Position numbers and translations under genes: made by a program. Positions 52,727 to 61,916 of a stretch of DNA of 64,000 nucleotides are shown piece after piece. The DNA is taken from the NCBI GenBank assembly GCA_037144045.1, contig JBAWXN010000001.1:1387-65386 (forward strand). The letters run 5' to 3'. The DNA comes from a bacterium (GTDB lineage: Bacteria > Patescibacteriota > Minisyncoccia > Phycocordibacterales > UBA1006). Numbering within the stretch: the stretch's first letter is position 1; every line of letters starts with the position of its first letter. The notes beneath the pieces are model-generated. The model ran no database searches and was not told the origin of the DNA. It saw only the letters and a program-made list of their open reading frames with translations.

Positions 52727-52741
52727 TGCTAGACTGCGGGC

Positions 52742-53617
52742 ATGAATAAGGAACAGATTGCGCAACAGGTTGCAGAACTCGAAACGCTTATGTATAGCGC
52801 TGATTTTTGGAATGATAAAGAAAAAGCACAATCGGTGTTGCGCGAAATTGAAGAACTTAAGACAAAACTTGAAGGAGGCGGGAAGTTCGACAAGGGCGAT
52901 GCGGTACTTTCTATTTTTACGGGTGCAGGTGGTGACGACGCTGAGGATTTTTCGCGAATGCTCTATGAAATGTATTTGGCATTTATTGAAACAAAAGGGT
53001 GGAAGACCATCCTTCTTGATAAAAACGAAAACGGTAATGGTGGATTTAGAAGTATCGCGATTGAGGTTCATGGGAAAAATGCGTATGGAACATTGAAGAA
53101 CGAATCAGGGGTGCATCGACTCGTGCGCATGAGTCCATTCAATGCAAAAGGAAAACGCAATACGAGTTTTTCAATGATAGAAGTATTGCCTAAATTTGAA
53201 CTCGCTGAATTTTCAATTCCGGAAACAGACCTTGAAATGTCATTTGCTAAATCAGGCGGCAAGGGTGGCCAAAATGTTAACAAGCGCGAAACGGCGGTAC
53301 GTATTACGCATATTCCTACTGGGCTTACCGCACACGCGACTGCTGAACGATCACAAGAAGCAAATCGCGAAGAAGCGATTCGTATGGTTTCGGCAAAGGT
53401 GTGGAAACATGAAGAAGAAAAGCAAAAAGCCGCTGAGCGCGGTATGGCGATTTCTACAACAACCGACAACGAATGGGGAAGTCAGATTCGTTCCTATGTA
53501 CTGCATCCATACAAAATGGTTAAAGACCATCGTACTGGGGTAGAAACTGGGAATGTTGAAAAGGTGTTAGAACGCGGGGAGCTCGATGAATTCATTGAAG
53601 CAGAAAAAGATTTATAA
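52742..53617 (+). CDS. prfB: peptide chain release factor 2 (short form, no programmed frameshift)
   Basis: SPF tripeptide motif (RMSPFNAKGKR) and GGQ (SGGKGGQNVNKRETAVRITHIPTG). Aligns to E. coli RF2 from about residue 45; no upstream frame-0 leader or CUU UGA C site. Confidence 0.85.
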   Translation: MNKEQIAQQVAELETLMYSADFWNDKEKAQSVLREIEELKTKLEGGGKFDKGDAVLSIFTGAGGDDAEDFSRMLYEMYLAFIETKGWKTILLDKNENGNGGFRSIAIEVHGKNAYGTLKNESGVHRLVRMSPFNAKGKRNTSFSMIEVLPKFELAEFSIPETDLEMSFAKSGGKGGQNVNKRETAVRITHIPTGLTAHATAERSQEANREEAIRMVSAKVWKHEEEKQKAAERGMAISTTTDNEWGSQIRSYVLHPYKMVKDHRTGVETGNVEKVLERGELDEFIEAEKDL

Positions 53618-53622
53618 AAATT

Positions 53623-53650
53623 ACCCACCAATTGCTTGGTGGGTTTTTTA
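53623..53650 (+). terminator. intrinsic terminator (cccaccaa-ttgc-ttggtggg + TTTTTT)
   Basis: 8-bp stem, tetraloop, T6. Confidence 0.7.
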
Positions 53651-53693
53651 AAATCGGGACCTTTGTTACGAACCGGCTGTTTCATTTAGTTGT

Positions 53694-53933
53694 TTACGGG
53701 TTTATTAATAGGTGTTTAACTGAGTCACAAGGAACGCAGGTAATCGAGGTTACTTGATAGGTACCATTCGTCATGCTGTTGACCATTCCGAAACATAGAT
53801 TTACACGGTGATCTTTGGTGTAAGTGATGTTTTCGGTGTTGTCTGACGCTTGATCGGTCGATGGCTTAGTTGTGTAGTTACAACTAGATAAAAAAAGTAT
53901 GCTCAGTGCTATAAAACAAAACTTCTTTTTCAT
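53694..53933 (-). CDS. small putative lipoprotein (79 aa)
   Basis: MKKKFCFIALSILFLSSC lipobox-like signal, four further Cys. Confidence 0.4.
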   Translation of the reverse strand: MKKKFCFIALSILFLSSCNYTTKPSTDQASDNTENITYTKDHRVNLCFGMVNSMTNGTYQVTSITCVPCDSVKHLLINP

Positions 53934-54026
53934 ATTAGATTTTTTATTTGATTACATATATATTATCACGAAAATCACTAAAAGTCAAGTACCATCGAAA
54001 AACCCTTATGATATAATACTATTACT

Positions 54027-54656
54027 ATGATTATCACTCACCACGGCAAGCAATTTTTTAAATTACAGACAGGGGATTTCGTAATCGCCTTGAACCCTAT
54101 TTCCAAAGAATCTAAGTTTAAAACCAATGGTTTTGGTGCAAATATTGCCATGATTACCACTGATTACGTTGATTATAATGGTGCTGAATTAGTTGATTAC
54201 GCAGGAAAAACCCCGTTTGTTATCAAAAGTCCAGGTGAATACGAAGTTTCAGATATTATGATTCAAGGGTTTATCTCAAAAGGAACCGATGGAAAAACAG
54301 ACTTAATAAACAGTATTTACTATTTCGAGTTCGATGGTATTAAAATCCTATATTTAGGGGCGATGTACCAATCTGAGCTTTCGGTAGAAGTTCGTCAAAG
54401 TATCGGTGATGTAGATATGTTATTTGTCCCTATTGGAGGTAAAACAGTATTGAGTCCTGAAGCAGCCCACAAAATTGCAGTGTCATTCGGGCCTAAGGTG
54501 ATCATTCCTATGGATTATGGTGCAGATCAAGAAAAAGATGCACTCAAATCCTTCCTTAAGGAGTCAGGTGCAGAAAAAGTTTCACCCCTTGATAAACTTA
54601 CGGTGAAATCAAAAGACTTATCAGGAAAAGAACAAGAAGTAATGGTTATTGAATAA
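54027..54656 (+). CDS. MBL-fold metal-dependent hydrolase (UPF0173/YtkL-like)
   Basis: MIITHHGKQFFKLQ.GDFVIALNPIS N-terminus and about 210 aa size typical of the family. Confidence 0.6.
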   Translation: MIITHHGKQFFKLQTGDFVIALNPISKESKFKTNGFGANIAMITTDYVDYNGAELVDYAGKTPFVIKSPGEYEVSDIMIQGFISKGTDGKTDLINSIYYFEFDGIKILYLGAMYQSELSVEVRQSIGDVDMLFVPIGGKTVLSPEAAHKIAVSFGPKVIIPMDYGADQEKDALKSFLKESGAEKVSPLDKLTVKSKDLSGKEQEVMVIE

Positions 54657-54661
54657 TTATT

Positions 54662-54994
54662 ATGAGAAGAATCATTCACAAAATTAGATTGCAACCGCCA
54701 GAATTTCGAGTAATGATTGCCGTGATTGCCGCATTTATGGTTACTGCAGTAATTGCAGTTTTTTGGGCATCGACGCTCTCTGTGGGAATATTTCAACAAG
54801 AAAAAACAGATACGACCCCTGGCCCTATCTCAGCACTCGTTTCAAATATTAAAGGAGTAATAAGTAATACTAGCCCTGAAAATGACATGACTAATAAATC
54901 AGGGAATTCTGTACAGGTGATTGATTCTGGATCGTCAGTACAATCTGATTTTGATGAATCACGCCCTGCAAATTCGGTTACCACTACTCAATAA
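54662..54994 (+). CDS. small hypothetical membrane protein
   Basis: one TM helix (VMIAVIAAFMVTAVIAVFWA), no motif. Confidence 0.35.
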   Translation: MRRIIHKIRLQPPEFRVMIAVIAAFMVTAVIAVFWASTLSVGIFQQEKTDTTPGPISALVSNIKGVISNTSPENDMTNKSGNSVQVIDSGSSVQSDFDESRPANSVTTTQ

Positions 54995-55013
54995 TTAATA
55001 TCTAGATATATTT

Positions 55014-57476
55014 ATGGCAAAAGAACAAGAAACAACTCCATCAGAAGTTCCTGCTCACGATAAAATGGTTGGCATGAATATTTCAAAAGAAATGCGCGAT
55101 TCGTTTATCGCGTATTCGATGTCCGTAATTACGTCACGTGCGCTTCCTGATGTACGCGACGGTTTGAAACCAGTACATCGACGTATTTTGTACGCGATGA
55201 GTGAACTGGGATTGTATTCAAATGCAAAATTCCGTAAGTCAGCCCTAGTAGTAGGGGAAGTGCTCGGTAAGTATCACCCACACGGGGATTCTTCAGTGTA
55301 CGAAGCCATGGTAAACCTTGCTCAGGATTTTTCGACTCGGTATCCATTAGTATGGGGACAAGGAAACTTTGGTTCGATCGATGGGGATAGTGCTGCGGCT
55401 ATGCGTTATACCGAAGCCAAGATGTCTAAAATGGCTGGTGAAATCCTTCGTGATATTGAAAAAGAAACCGTCGATTTTCGTCCAAACTACGATGCGACGC
55501 AACACGAACCAAGCGTGATGCCAACTGCAGTGCCGACACTCCTATTAAACGGAACTTTGGGTATTGCGGTAGGTATGGCAACGAATATTCCACCTCATAA
55601 CTTGGGTGAAATTATCGATGCAACCACAGCGATTATTGATGATGGGAAAGTTACTAATGAAGACCTTATGCAATATGTAAAAGGTCCTGACTTTCCAATC
55701 GGAGGAATTATTTACAACAAAAAAGACATTGCACACGCGTATGCTACCGGACGTGGTCCAGTAGTTACTCGAGGTGAAGCGGAAATTGTAGAACTTAAAA
55801 ACGGATCATTTCAAATTGTGGTGACGTCTATTCCGTTTCGTGTTAACAAAACAAGCCTTATCGAGAAAATTGCAGAACTGGTTCAAGAAAAGAAATTGCC
55901 GGAAATTCGAGCCATGCGTGATGAATCTACGAAGGAAATGCGTGTAGTGTTTGACTTGAAAGCAGGAACCAATCCACAAAAAGTATTAAACTATTTGTAT
56001 AAGCACACCGAACTGGAAACCAATTTTAACTTTAACTTGGTGGCACTGGTTGATGGAACACCGCAGACGTTGTCATTGAAAGACTTCCTTACTAATTTCA
56101 TTGCGCATCGCCAAGAAATCGTAAAACGACGTACCGAATTTGATTTACGTAAAGCAGAAGCGCGTGCCCATATCTTAGAAGGGTTGAAGATTGCCCTTGA
56201 TCATATTGATGAAGTAATTAAATTGATCCGAGCATCAAAAGATACGCTTGAAGCAAAACTTGGACTTATGAAGAAATTCAAACTGTCTGAAATTCAAGCA
56301 TTAGCCATTCTTGATATGAAACTGCAGAAGCTTGCAGGATTGGAACGTGAAAAAGTGGAAAACGAATTAAAAGAAGTGAAAGCATTCATTAAAGAACTTA
56401 TGGATTTGCTTGCAAGTCCAAAGAAAATGCTTGGAGTAATCCGAGGTGAACTCCTTGAAATCAAAGACAAGTATAACGACGATCGTCGTACCAAAGTAGT
56501 TGCAAAGGCAGTAGGTAATATTTCTGATGAAGACTTGATTCCTGATACTAATGCAGCGTTGGTATATACCGCAGGTGGATACATTAAACGAACCGATCCT
56601 TCAGAATACAAATCACAAAAACGAGGAGGCGTTGGAGTTGTAGACCTTGATACTAAGGAAGAAGATGTGGTAACTCATTTACTCACTACGTCTACACACA
56701 GTGACCTGTTGTTCTTTACCGACCTCGGTAAGGTGTATCAAATGAAGATGTATGATATTCCAGAAGGACGTCGTGCAACGAAAGGTAAATCAATTGTGAA
56801 CTTCCTTGATTTGAAAGACGGAGAACGAGTAACGACCATCCTTCCGGTTCCTAAAGGTTCTGAAGTAGCTGGTAAATCAATCTTTTTTGTAACGAAACAA
56901 GGAACCATTAAGAAGGTTCCTGCAGATTCATTCGCGTCAGTACGACGCAGTGGATTAATCGCTATTAACCTTCATGATGGTGATACCCTCCTTGGAACGG
57001 TTATGTCACAATCAGGCGATAGTATTTGTTTGATTACGTCTGAAGGACAATCAATCAGGTTTGCTGAATCTGATGTGCGTGACATGGGACGAACGGCTGC
57101 CGGAGTTCGAGGAATTGACCTTGATAAAAAAGACTTCGTAGTAGGTCTTGGAGTAGTGTCACCTGATATGAAGAATCCGACCTTGATGGTGATGTCAGAT
57201 CATGGATTTGGTAAACGAACCGATATTGATGAATATAAGATCCAAAAACGAGGAGGTTCAGGAATTAAAACGGCAAACGTAACTGATAAAACAGGGGCGA
57301 TTGTAGGAGCAAAAATTGTAACTGATGATCATTCAGAATTAATTGCTATTTCTGCAAAATCTCAAGTGATTCGTACTGAGTTGGAATCTATTCCCGTGTT
57401 GTCACGAGCTACTCAAGGAGTACGCGTGATGAAACTACGAGAAGGTGACCGATTAGCAAGTCTTACATTACTCTAG
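55014..57476 (+). CDS. gyrA: DNA gyrase subunit A
   Basis: [13 protein letters not shown] active-site Tyr context, QRDR-like region, C-terminal beta-pinwheel repeats; gyrB not adjacent. Confidence 0.93.
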   Translation: MAKEQETTPSEVPAHDKMVGMNISKEMRDSFIAYSMSVITSRALPDVRDGLKPVHRRILYAMSELGLYSNAKFRKSALVVGEVLGKYHPHGDSSVYEAMVNLAQDFSTRYPLVWGQGNFGSIDGDSAAAMRYTEAKMSKMAGEILRDIEKETVDFRPNYDATQHEPSVMPTAVPTLLLNGTLGIAVGMATNIPPHNLGEIIDATTAIIDDGKVTNEDLMQYVKGPDFPIGGIIYNKKDIAHAYATGRGPVVTRGEAEIVELKNGSFQIVVTSIPFRVNKTSLIEKIAELVQEKKLPEIRAMRDESTKEMRVVFDLKAGTNPQKVLNYLYKHTELETNFNFNLVALVDGTPQTLSLKDFLTNFIAHRQEIVKRRTEFDLRKAEARAHILEGLKIALDHIDEVIKLIRASKDTLEAKLGLMKKFKLSEIQALAILDMKLQKLAGLEREKVENELKEVKAFIKELMDLLASPKKMLGVIRGELLEIKDKYNDDRRTKVVAKAVGNISDEDLIPDTNAALVYTAGGYIKRTDPSEYKSQKRGGVGVVDLDTKEEDVVTHLLTTSTHSDLLFFTDLGKVYQMKMYDIPEGRRATKGKSIVNFLDLKDGERVTTILPVPKGSEVAGKSIFFVTKQGTIKKVPADSFASVRRSGLIAINLHDGDTLLGTVMSQSGDSICLITSEGQSIRFAESDVRDMGRTAAGVRGIDLDKKDFVVGLGVVSPDMKNPTLMVMSDHGFGKRTDIDEYKIQKRGGSGIKTANVTDKTGAIVGAKIVTDDHSELIAISAKSQVIRTELESIPVLSRATQGVRVMKLREGDRLASLTLL

Positions 57477-57486
57477 TAAGTCCAAT

Positions 57487-57516
57487 ATAAAACCCCGCGA
57501 AATGCGGGGTTTGTTG
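57487..57516. terminator. bidirectional terminator (ccccgc-gaaat-gcgggg flanked by A- and T-runs)
   Basis: 6-bp GC stem between convergent gyrA and the minus-strand gene. Confidence 0.6.
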
Positions 57517-57527
57517 GTATTAATTTG

Positions 57528-58610
57528 TTATCCGATGATCGGAGTAGTGCGCCTTGTTTCTTCGAATAGCTTCATGCTTTTCATGTAGTGAAGAGTACCA
57601 GAGTGTTCTTGAATCAGCTTCAAATTACTTTCCAATATTTTTTTGCCAAGTTCAGCAAGGGAAATTTTTCGCTTGCGGCTTGCAGCAAGCGCTGTCCGGA
57701 ATTCGGCATGACTTATCCAAATTACTGGATTAGTAATGTGAAGTGACGAATGCATAATCATAACCCCTTCCGGAGTTGGAGAAAATACATCATGGCTATA
57801 ATTTTCAGCAATGATTCGTTTACCCTGATGGATATGCTTATCACGTTGTTTCCAGTCGCTGCCATATTCGTTATGAGTAAGGAACCTTGTTTTTATTTCA
57901 ACGGATTTATCGAATTTCTTTTCAAAATAACCAAGACTCAGTGAACTGGTGTAACAATATCCCATGTGACTCAACAGAAAAAAGTTTTTATTAACCATTC
58001 CTGGCTTGCCAAATAAGTGAAGCTGCGGATAAAGTTCATCGAATAGTTTTGAATTACGTGATTCAAATGTCGGGAATTTCTTCCCGTACTCGTCAGGCTT
58101 AATCATATTTGCATGAAGTTCCAGGGTGTACACGCATTTTTTCTGATGTACCCCAGCAATGGTTGCCATGGTTTTCAGAGTCTTAACGGCAAAACGTTTT
58201 TCAATTTTGGTAAGTTTGAATTTATTTTTCGGGTAAATCGTACCTGCAAATTCATGCAATGCTAAATCAGGTACCTGTTCGTTAAGGGTATTGATTTGTT
58301 GAAGAAGTGCCTGGGTTTGTTGGTGAAACGTACGCGCATCTTTTGGATCATATCCGAACCGTAATTGAGTAACCTGGTGTGGTCGTTCAATCATTTGTAT
58401 GAAATGGCGAGCAAGAGTATCTACGTGTCCTGCATAAACAAGTTCGATAGGTTTCTTCTGTTCTTGAGCTGCATCAGCAATGAGTCTAACCGTGGTAAGT
58501 ACTTCGGGATTAATGTCCCGTGAAGGAGTCTTATCGAGCCTTCGTGATAGGGGGCAATGAGTGCATCCTGCAGCGCATGATGCGGTAGTTGGAAATACTT
58601 CTATAGTCAT
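57528..58610 (-). CDS. hypothetical protein with an N-terminal CxxxCxxC motif (possible radical-SAM-like Fe-S enzyme)
   Basis: SCAAGCTHCPL at residues 11-21 fits CX3CX2C; the rest lacks obvious radical-SAM glycine-rich or TIM-barrel motifs. Confidence 0.35.
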   Translation of the reverse strand: MTIEVFPTTASCAAGCTHCPLSRRLDKTPSRDINPEVLTTVRLIADAAQEQKKPIELVYAGHVDTLARHFIQMIERPHQVTQLRFGYDPKDARTFHQQTQALLQQINTLNEQVPDLALHEFAGTIYPKNKFKLTKIEKRFAVKTLKTMATIAGVHQKKCVYTLELHANMIKPDEYGKKFPTFESRNSKLFDELYPQLHLFGKPGMVNKNFFLLSHMGYCYTSSLSLGYFEKKFDKSVEIKTRFLTHNEYGSDWKQRDKHIHQGKRIIAENYSHDVFSPTPEGVMIMHSSLHITNPVIWISHAEFRTALAASRKRKISLAELGKKILESNLKLIQEHSGTLHYMKSMKLFEETRRTTPIIG

Positions 58611-58747
58611 AACTCTGTTTTTTCAAACAATATCACATATATATGAAAAGTCAATAATTAAGTCAAGTGAATTATTGACAATAATAGATGTATATGATAT
58701 AAAAAGTATGTAATTTATATTGTTCATTAATCTAAATATTAGAGCTT

Positions 58748-59023
58748 ATGGCTGAGCACGTACCAGCGAAAACCCCTAAGGAGGTTTTCGATCAAAGTCC
58801 AGTGGCAAAAAAATTTATAGGGGATACTCATGTTGAATTATTGGGAGCAAAGAGGGAAATGGCGCTTCCGGCTGACTACCCTGAAGATTTTGTTTTGCGC
58901 ACTATTTTACACTTCCAACAATCGGGCTGGGATGTAGAGCACGATGGATTGGGTAAAAAACTGAAGTTTACTGCCGGTAAACCAAAGCCGCCCAAGAAAA
59001 GTTTTCTTGATATTTTCGGGTAA
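58748..59023 (+). CDS. hypothetical protein (91 aa)
   Basis: ORF only. Confidence 0.3.
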   Translation: MAEHVPAKTPKEVFDQSPVAKKFIGDTHVELLGAKREMALPADYPEDFVLRTILHFQQSGWDVEHDGLGKKLKFTAGKPKPPKKSFLDIFG

Positions 59024-59081
59024 CCGATACGTAATTATAAAAGTAGGGATGCGTCCTTACTTTTTTTGTTATACTAAATAT

Positions 59082-59687
59082 ATGGCAAAGAAACCTATTA
59101 AGATCAAATATCATATTGGTATCGATGAGGTAGGGCGCGGGCCACTTGCAGGTCCAGTGACAGTGTGCGCATTCGCAATTCTGGAAAAAGACCTTCATAT
59201 CCTTGATGGGGTGGGTGCCAAAGACTCAAAAGTACTTTCAGAGCAAAAGCGAGATATTATTTCAGGAAAACTAAAAGACTTGGTTAGGCAAGGGGTGTGT
59301 ACATTTCAAGTAGCTTCAACATCATCACAAGGTATTGATGAAAAGGGTCTTACGAGGGCTATTGCTGAAGCTATAGCAGCAGCGCTCAAAAAACTAAACA
59401 TTCATCCTGAGCATGCTGATATTTACTTAGATGGAGGACTCAAAGCACCTGTTTCGTTTTTTAGACAACATACGATTATAAAAGGTGATGGACTGATACC
59501 AGTTATTTCATGCGCGTCAGTACTTGCAAAAGTACATCGAGATCGATTAATGAATCAATATGACTTAAAATTTCCTGAATATGGTTTTATAAACCATAAA
59601 GGATACGGGACGCCTGAGCATTATAAGGCAATACGTAAGTATGGTATGACCGAAATACATCGAAGGAGGTTCTTGAAAGACTTGTAG
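59082..59687 (+). CDS. rnhB: ribonuclease HII
   Basis: IGIDEVGRGPLAGPV catalytic motif; start at ATG 59082. Confidence 0.88.
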   Translation: MAKKPIKIKYHIGIDEVGRGPLAGPVTVCAFAILEKDLHILDGVGAKDSKVLSEQKRDIISGKLKDLVRQGVCTFQVASTSSQGIDEKGLTRAIAEAIAAALKKLNIHPEHADIYLDGGLKAPVSFFRQHTIIKGDGLIPVISCASVLAKVHRDRLMNQYDLKFPEYGFINHKGYGTPEHYKAIRKYGMTEIHRRRFLKDL

Positions 59688-59707
59688 TTCTATGTTAGGG
59701 TGACGGT

Positions 59708-59782
59708 ATGTCAGCAGATTTTACCCAAGCAATTCATGCCATCCTTGTTTTTGGCATTTTATACGCTGTCCTTTGGAAATAA
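59708..59782 (+). CDS. candidate micro-ORF encoding a 24-aa hydrophobic peptide
   Basis: MSADFTQAIHAILVFGILYAVLWK; single predicted TM; no own promoter seen. Confidence 0.2.
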   Translation: MSADFTQAIHAILVFGILYAVLWK

Positions 59783-59809
59783 GGCTATTTGAGGAGTACT
59801 GAGAGGCAC

Positions 59810-59838
59810 TTGACAAATATTACATATTGTGCTAATAT
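59810..59838 (+). promoter_or_regulatory. consensus sigma70-like promoter (TTGACA -17- TAATAT) driving a leaderless micro-ORF
   Basis: -35 TTGACA 59810-59815, 17-nt spacer, -10 TAATAT 59833-59838; ATG at 59839/59845 coincides with the expected transcription start. Confidence 0.5.
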
Positions 59839-59844
59839 ATGTAT

Positions 59845-59925
59845 ATGGAACCAAATTTTCTAGGAGCCGCACTCTTGATTGGAGGATTTTATTATCTCTT
59901 CTTCCACGAGTCAAAAGCTAAGTAA
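59845..59925 (+). CDS. candidate leaderless micro-ORF encoding a 26-aa hydrophobic peptide (in-frame alternative start at 59839)
   Basis: MEPNFLGAALLIGGFYYLFFHESKAK; flanked by the consensus promoter and a strong terminator. Confidence 0.3.
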   Translation: MEPNFLGAALLIGGFYYLFFHESKAK

Positions 59926-59960
59926 TCAAGATTATCACTAATTTATTAGTAATTATAAAA

Positions 59961-59995
59961 GAAGTGTGAGCAGCAATGCTTGCACTTCTTTTTTA
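59961..59995 (+). terminator. intrinsic terminator (gaagtg...cacttc + TTTTTT)
   Basis: 6-bp outer stem with inner pairing, T6 tract; followed by TATAAT at 60002-60007 just upstream of rpmF. Confidence 0.55.
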
Positions 59996-60016
59996 TTTGT
60001 GTATAATAATCTCATT

Positions 60017-60226
60017 ATGGTAGTACGAATGCGTCACACAAAATCTCATACAGCAAATCGTCGAAGTCATCACGCACTCAAAGCCCCGAAAGTAGTTACT
60101 GATGCAAAGACTGGATCAGTTCGATTGAACCACCGCGTAGATATGACTACAGGTATGTACAAGGGACGTAAAGTCATTGACGTAGTTGCTAAAGTTGCTA
60201 AAAAACAAGCAAAAGCTAAAAAATAA
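60017..60226 (+). CDS. rpmF: 50S ribosomal protein L32
   Basis: MVVRMRHTKSHTANRRSHHALKAP matches the bL32 N-terminus (..KSR.RRDMRRSHDAL.AP). Confidence 0.8.
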   Translation: MVVRMRHTKSHTANRRSHHALKAPKVVTDAKTGSVRLNHRVDMTTGMYKGRKVIDVVAKVAKKQAKAKK

Positions 60227-60287
60227 TCTGACTCGTTATTAGTTATTTTTTTATTCACGTTCTTTAATCTTTCTTTTACTTTATTCT

Positions 60288-61193
60288 ATGGCACATCGAC
60301 ATCTTGCGCGATCTATTATTATGCAGGCACTCTTTGAACTCGATTTTAACGGGTTTGACGAAGCGCGTGTAGAATCTGCACTTGACCATAGTTTAGGCGA
60401 ATTTGGATCCGGCATTGATAATCCGGATTTTATTCGTGAGACAACTCGTAATGTGGTTAAAAAACGAAAAGTCCTTGATGAAATTATTGAAAAAGCAGCA
60501 CCCGATTGGCCACTTGATAAGATTTCAGTAACTGATCGAAACATCCTTCGATTGGGATTGTACGAACTCCTTTTTGGTGATCGTGAACAAGTACCTCCAA
60601 AGGTGGCTATTAACGAAGCGATTGAACTCGGTAAATCATTCGGTGGTGAAAAATCTGGACCGTTTATTAACGGAGTGCTTGGTGCGATTTATAAAGAAAT
60701 CGGTGAACCAGGTAAAGATCAGGTTTCAAAAAAGAAGCGCCCTCATGTACCCCTTGACCCATCACAATACCCAGTAGAAATTAAAGGAGGAGCTATTGTT
60801 TTTTCTAAAGACGATGCTGGTGCAATTCGGTTCGCAATGGTACATGACGTGTTCGGGTATTGGACCTTATCTAAAGGAGGGATCGATCCGGAACTGGGTG
60901 AAATCGAAGGAACCAAGAAAAAGATTAAAGAAGAAATTGGTATTGATATTACTATCCTCGAAAAACTCGGAGAAAATGAATACATTGCGCATCACCCTGA
61001 AAAAGGACCGATTCGTAAACATGTACTCTATTTCCTTGCTCAAGCAAATTATGAACCGCTTACCTTGAAAGAGAACCCAGGGGGGCTTGATCAAGTAAAA
61101 TGGTTTGAAATGCAGGAAGTAGTAGATCTTACGATGTATGACGATGTGACCCAGTTGATGGCGATGGCTATTGAAAAAATCATGGCAATATAA
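60288..61193 (+). CDS. nusB: NusB (transcription antitermination factor) fused to a C-terminal NUDIX-hydrolase-like domain
   Basis: Residues 1-145 align to NusB (...PPKVAINEAIELGKSFGGEKSGPFINGVLG). Residues 165-301 carry a Nudix-box-like GGIDPELGEIEGTKKKIKEEIGI (G.....E.......KK(I).EE.G(I)). Confidence 0.7.
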   Translation: MAHRHLARSIIMQALFELDFNGFDEARVESALDHSLGEFGSGIDNPDFIRETTRNVVKKRKVLDEIIEKAAPDWPLDKISVTDRNILRLGLYELLFGDREQVPPKVAINEAIELGKSFGGEKSGPFINGVLGAIYKEIGEPGKDQVSKKKRPHVPLDPSQYPVEIKGGAIVFSKDDAGAIRFAMVHDVFGYWTLSKGGIDPELGEIEGTKKKIKEEIGIDITILEKLGENEYIAHHPEKGPIRKHVLYFLAQANYEPLTLKENPGGLDQVKWFEMQEVVDLTMYDDVTQLMAMAIEKIMAI

Positions 61194-61196
61194 AAA

Positions 61197-61219
61197 CTCT
61201 TACATGGTAAGGGTTTTTA
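61197..61219 (+). terminator. intrinsic terminator (cttac-atg-gtaag + T-run)
   Basis: 5-bp stem plus GGGTTTTT. Confidence 0.45.
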
Positions 61220-61293
61220 TATATTGACTTTCATAATATATTATGTTATAATGTATTAAATGTTAACTTTTTAAACCCGTAAACCCATAGCGT

Positions 61294-61836
61294 ATGTTGA
61301 AAAAAATCACAAGCTTTGTCGAATTATATCGAACTCAGGACAATGTTCGAGAATTTAATGAGGTACGAGAAGAAAGAAAATCACTATTTTTCTGTGCAGG
61401 ATTATTGTATCGAATAAACCAATCAGGTGAGTATGAAGTACTCATAATTGATTACCGTGCAGATGGAGTAGGGGAAGTTCAAATCAAGTTTCCGGGTGGG
61501 AGAAGTTCGCTAGGCGAAACTCCAAAAGACACATTGTGGAATAGTTTGAGAAGAGAAGTGGCTTATAAGTATCAATCTCGCAAGTTAAGAATTGTCTTTT
61601 ATGACACCTGGTTTAAAAAAGGTAGTAAGGAAGATATTGATCATGTGAAAATTTTCTTTAGTGAGGAGGTACCGTTTAGTCGGTCATATTTCTTTAGTGA
61701 AATACAGAAGAGTGATTATTCGGAAACTACTAATCCTCGTTGGGAGAAGATCTCTCGCAAGCTCATTGAGAGTGTGTTTTATACCCATCAGAGACCTTTA
61801 ATGTGCCTGGCGAAGTTCTTAAATATAACCCTTTAG
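61294..61836 (+). CDS. hypothetical protein with a degenerate NUDIX-like motif
   Basis: FPGGRSSLGETPKDTLWNSLRREVAY has the G.....E start of a Nudix box but lacks the canonical RE..EE. Confidence 0.35.
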   Translation: MLKKITSFVELYRTQDNVREFNEVREERKSLFFCAGLLYRINQSGEYEVLIIDYRADGVGEVQIKFPGGRSSLGETPKDTLWNSLRREVAYKYQSRKLRIVFYDTWFKKGSKEDIDHVKIFFSEEVPFSRSYFFSEIQKSDYSETTNPRWEKISRKLIESVFYTHQRPLMCLAKFLNITL

Positions 61837-61840
61837 ATAA

Positions 61841-61878
61841 ATACCTCTTTTGCGGCAGCAAGAGAGGTATATTTTTTA
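61841..61878 (+). terminator. intrinsic terminator (atacctct...agaggtat + TTTTTT)
   Basis: 8-bp stem with a 14-nt loop, T6. Confidence 0.55.
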
Positions 61879-61916
61879 TTGAAAAAAACCTATAAATATG
61901 GTATTTTGGGAACATT

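Noticed and set aside
52421-52741. Possibility that the 97-aa ORF is the frame-0 leader of a frameshifted prfB
   Set aside because: The ORF ends in a canonical hairpin+T6 terminator, its sequence does not resemble the RF2 N-terminus, and there is no CUU UGA C shift site
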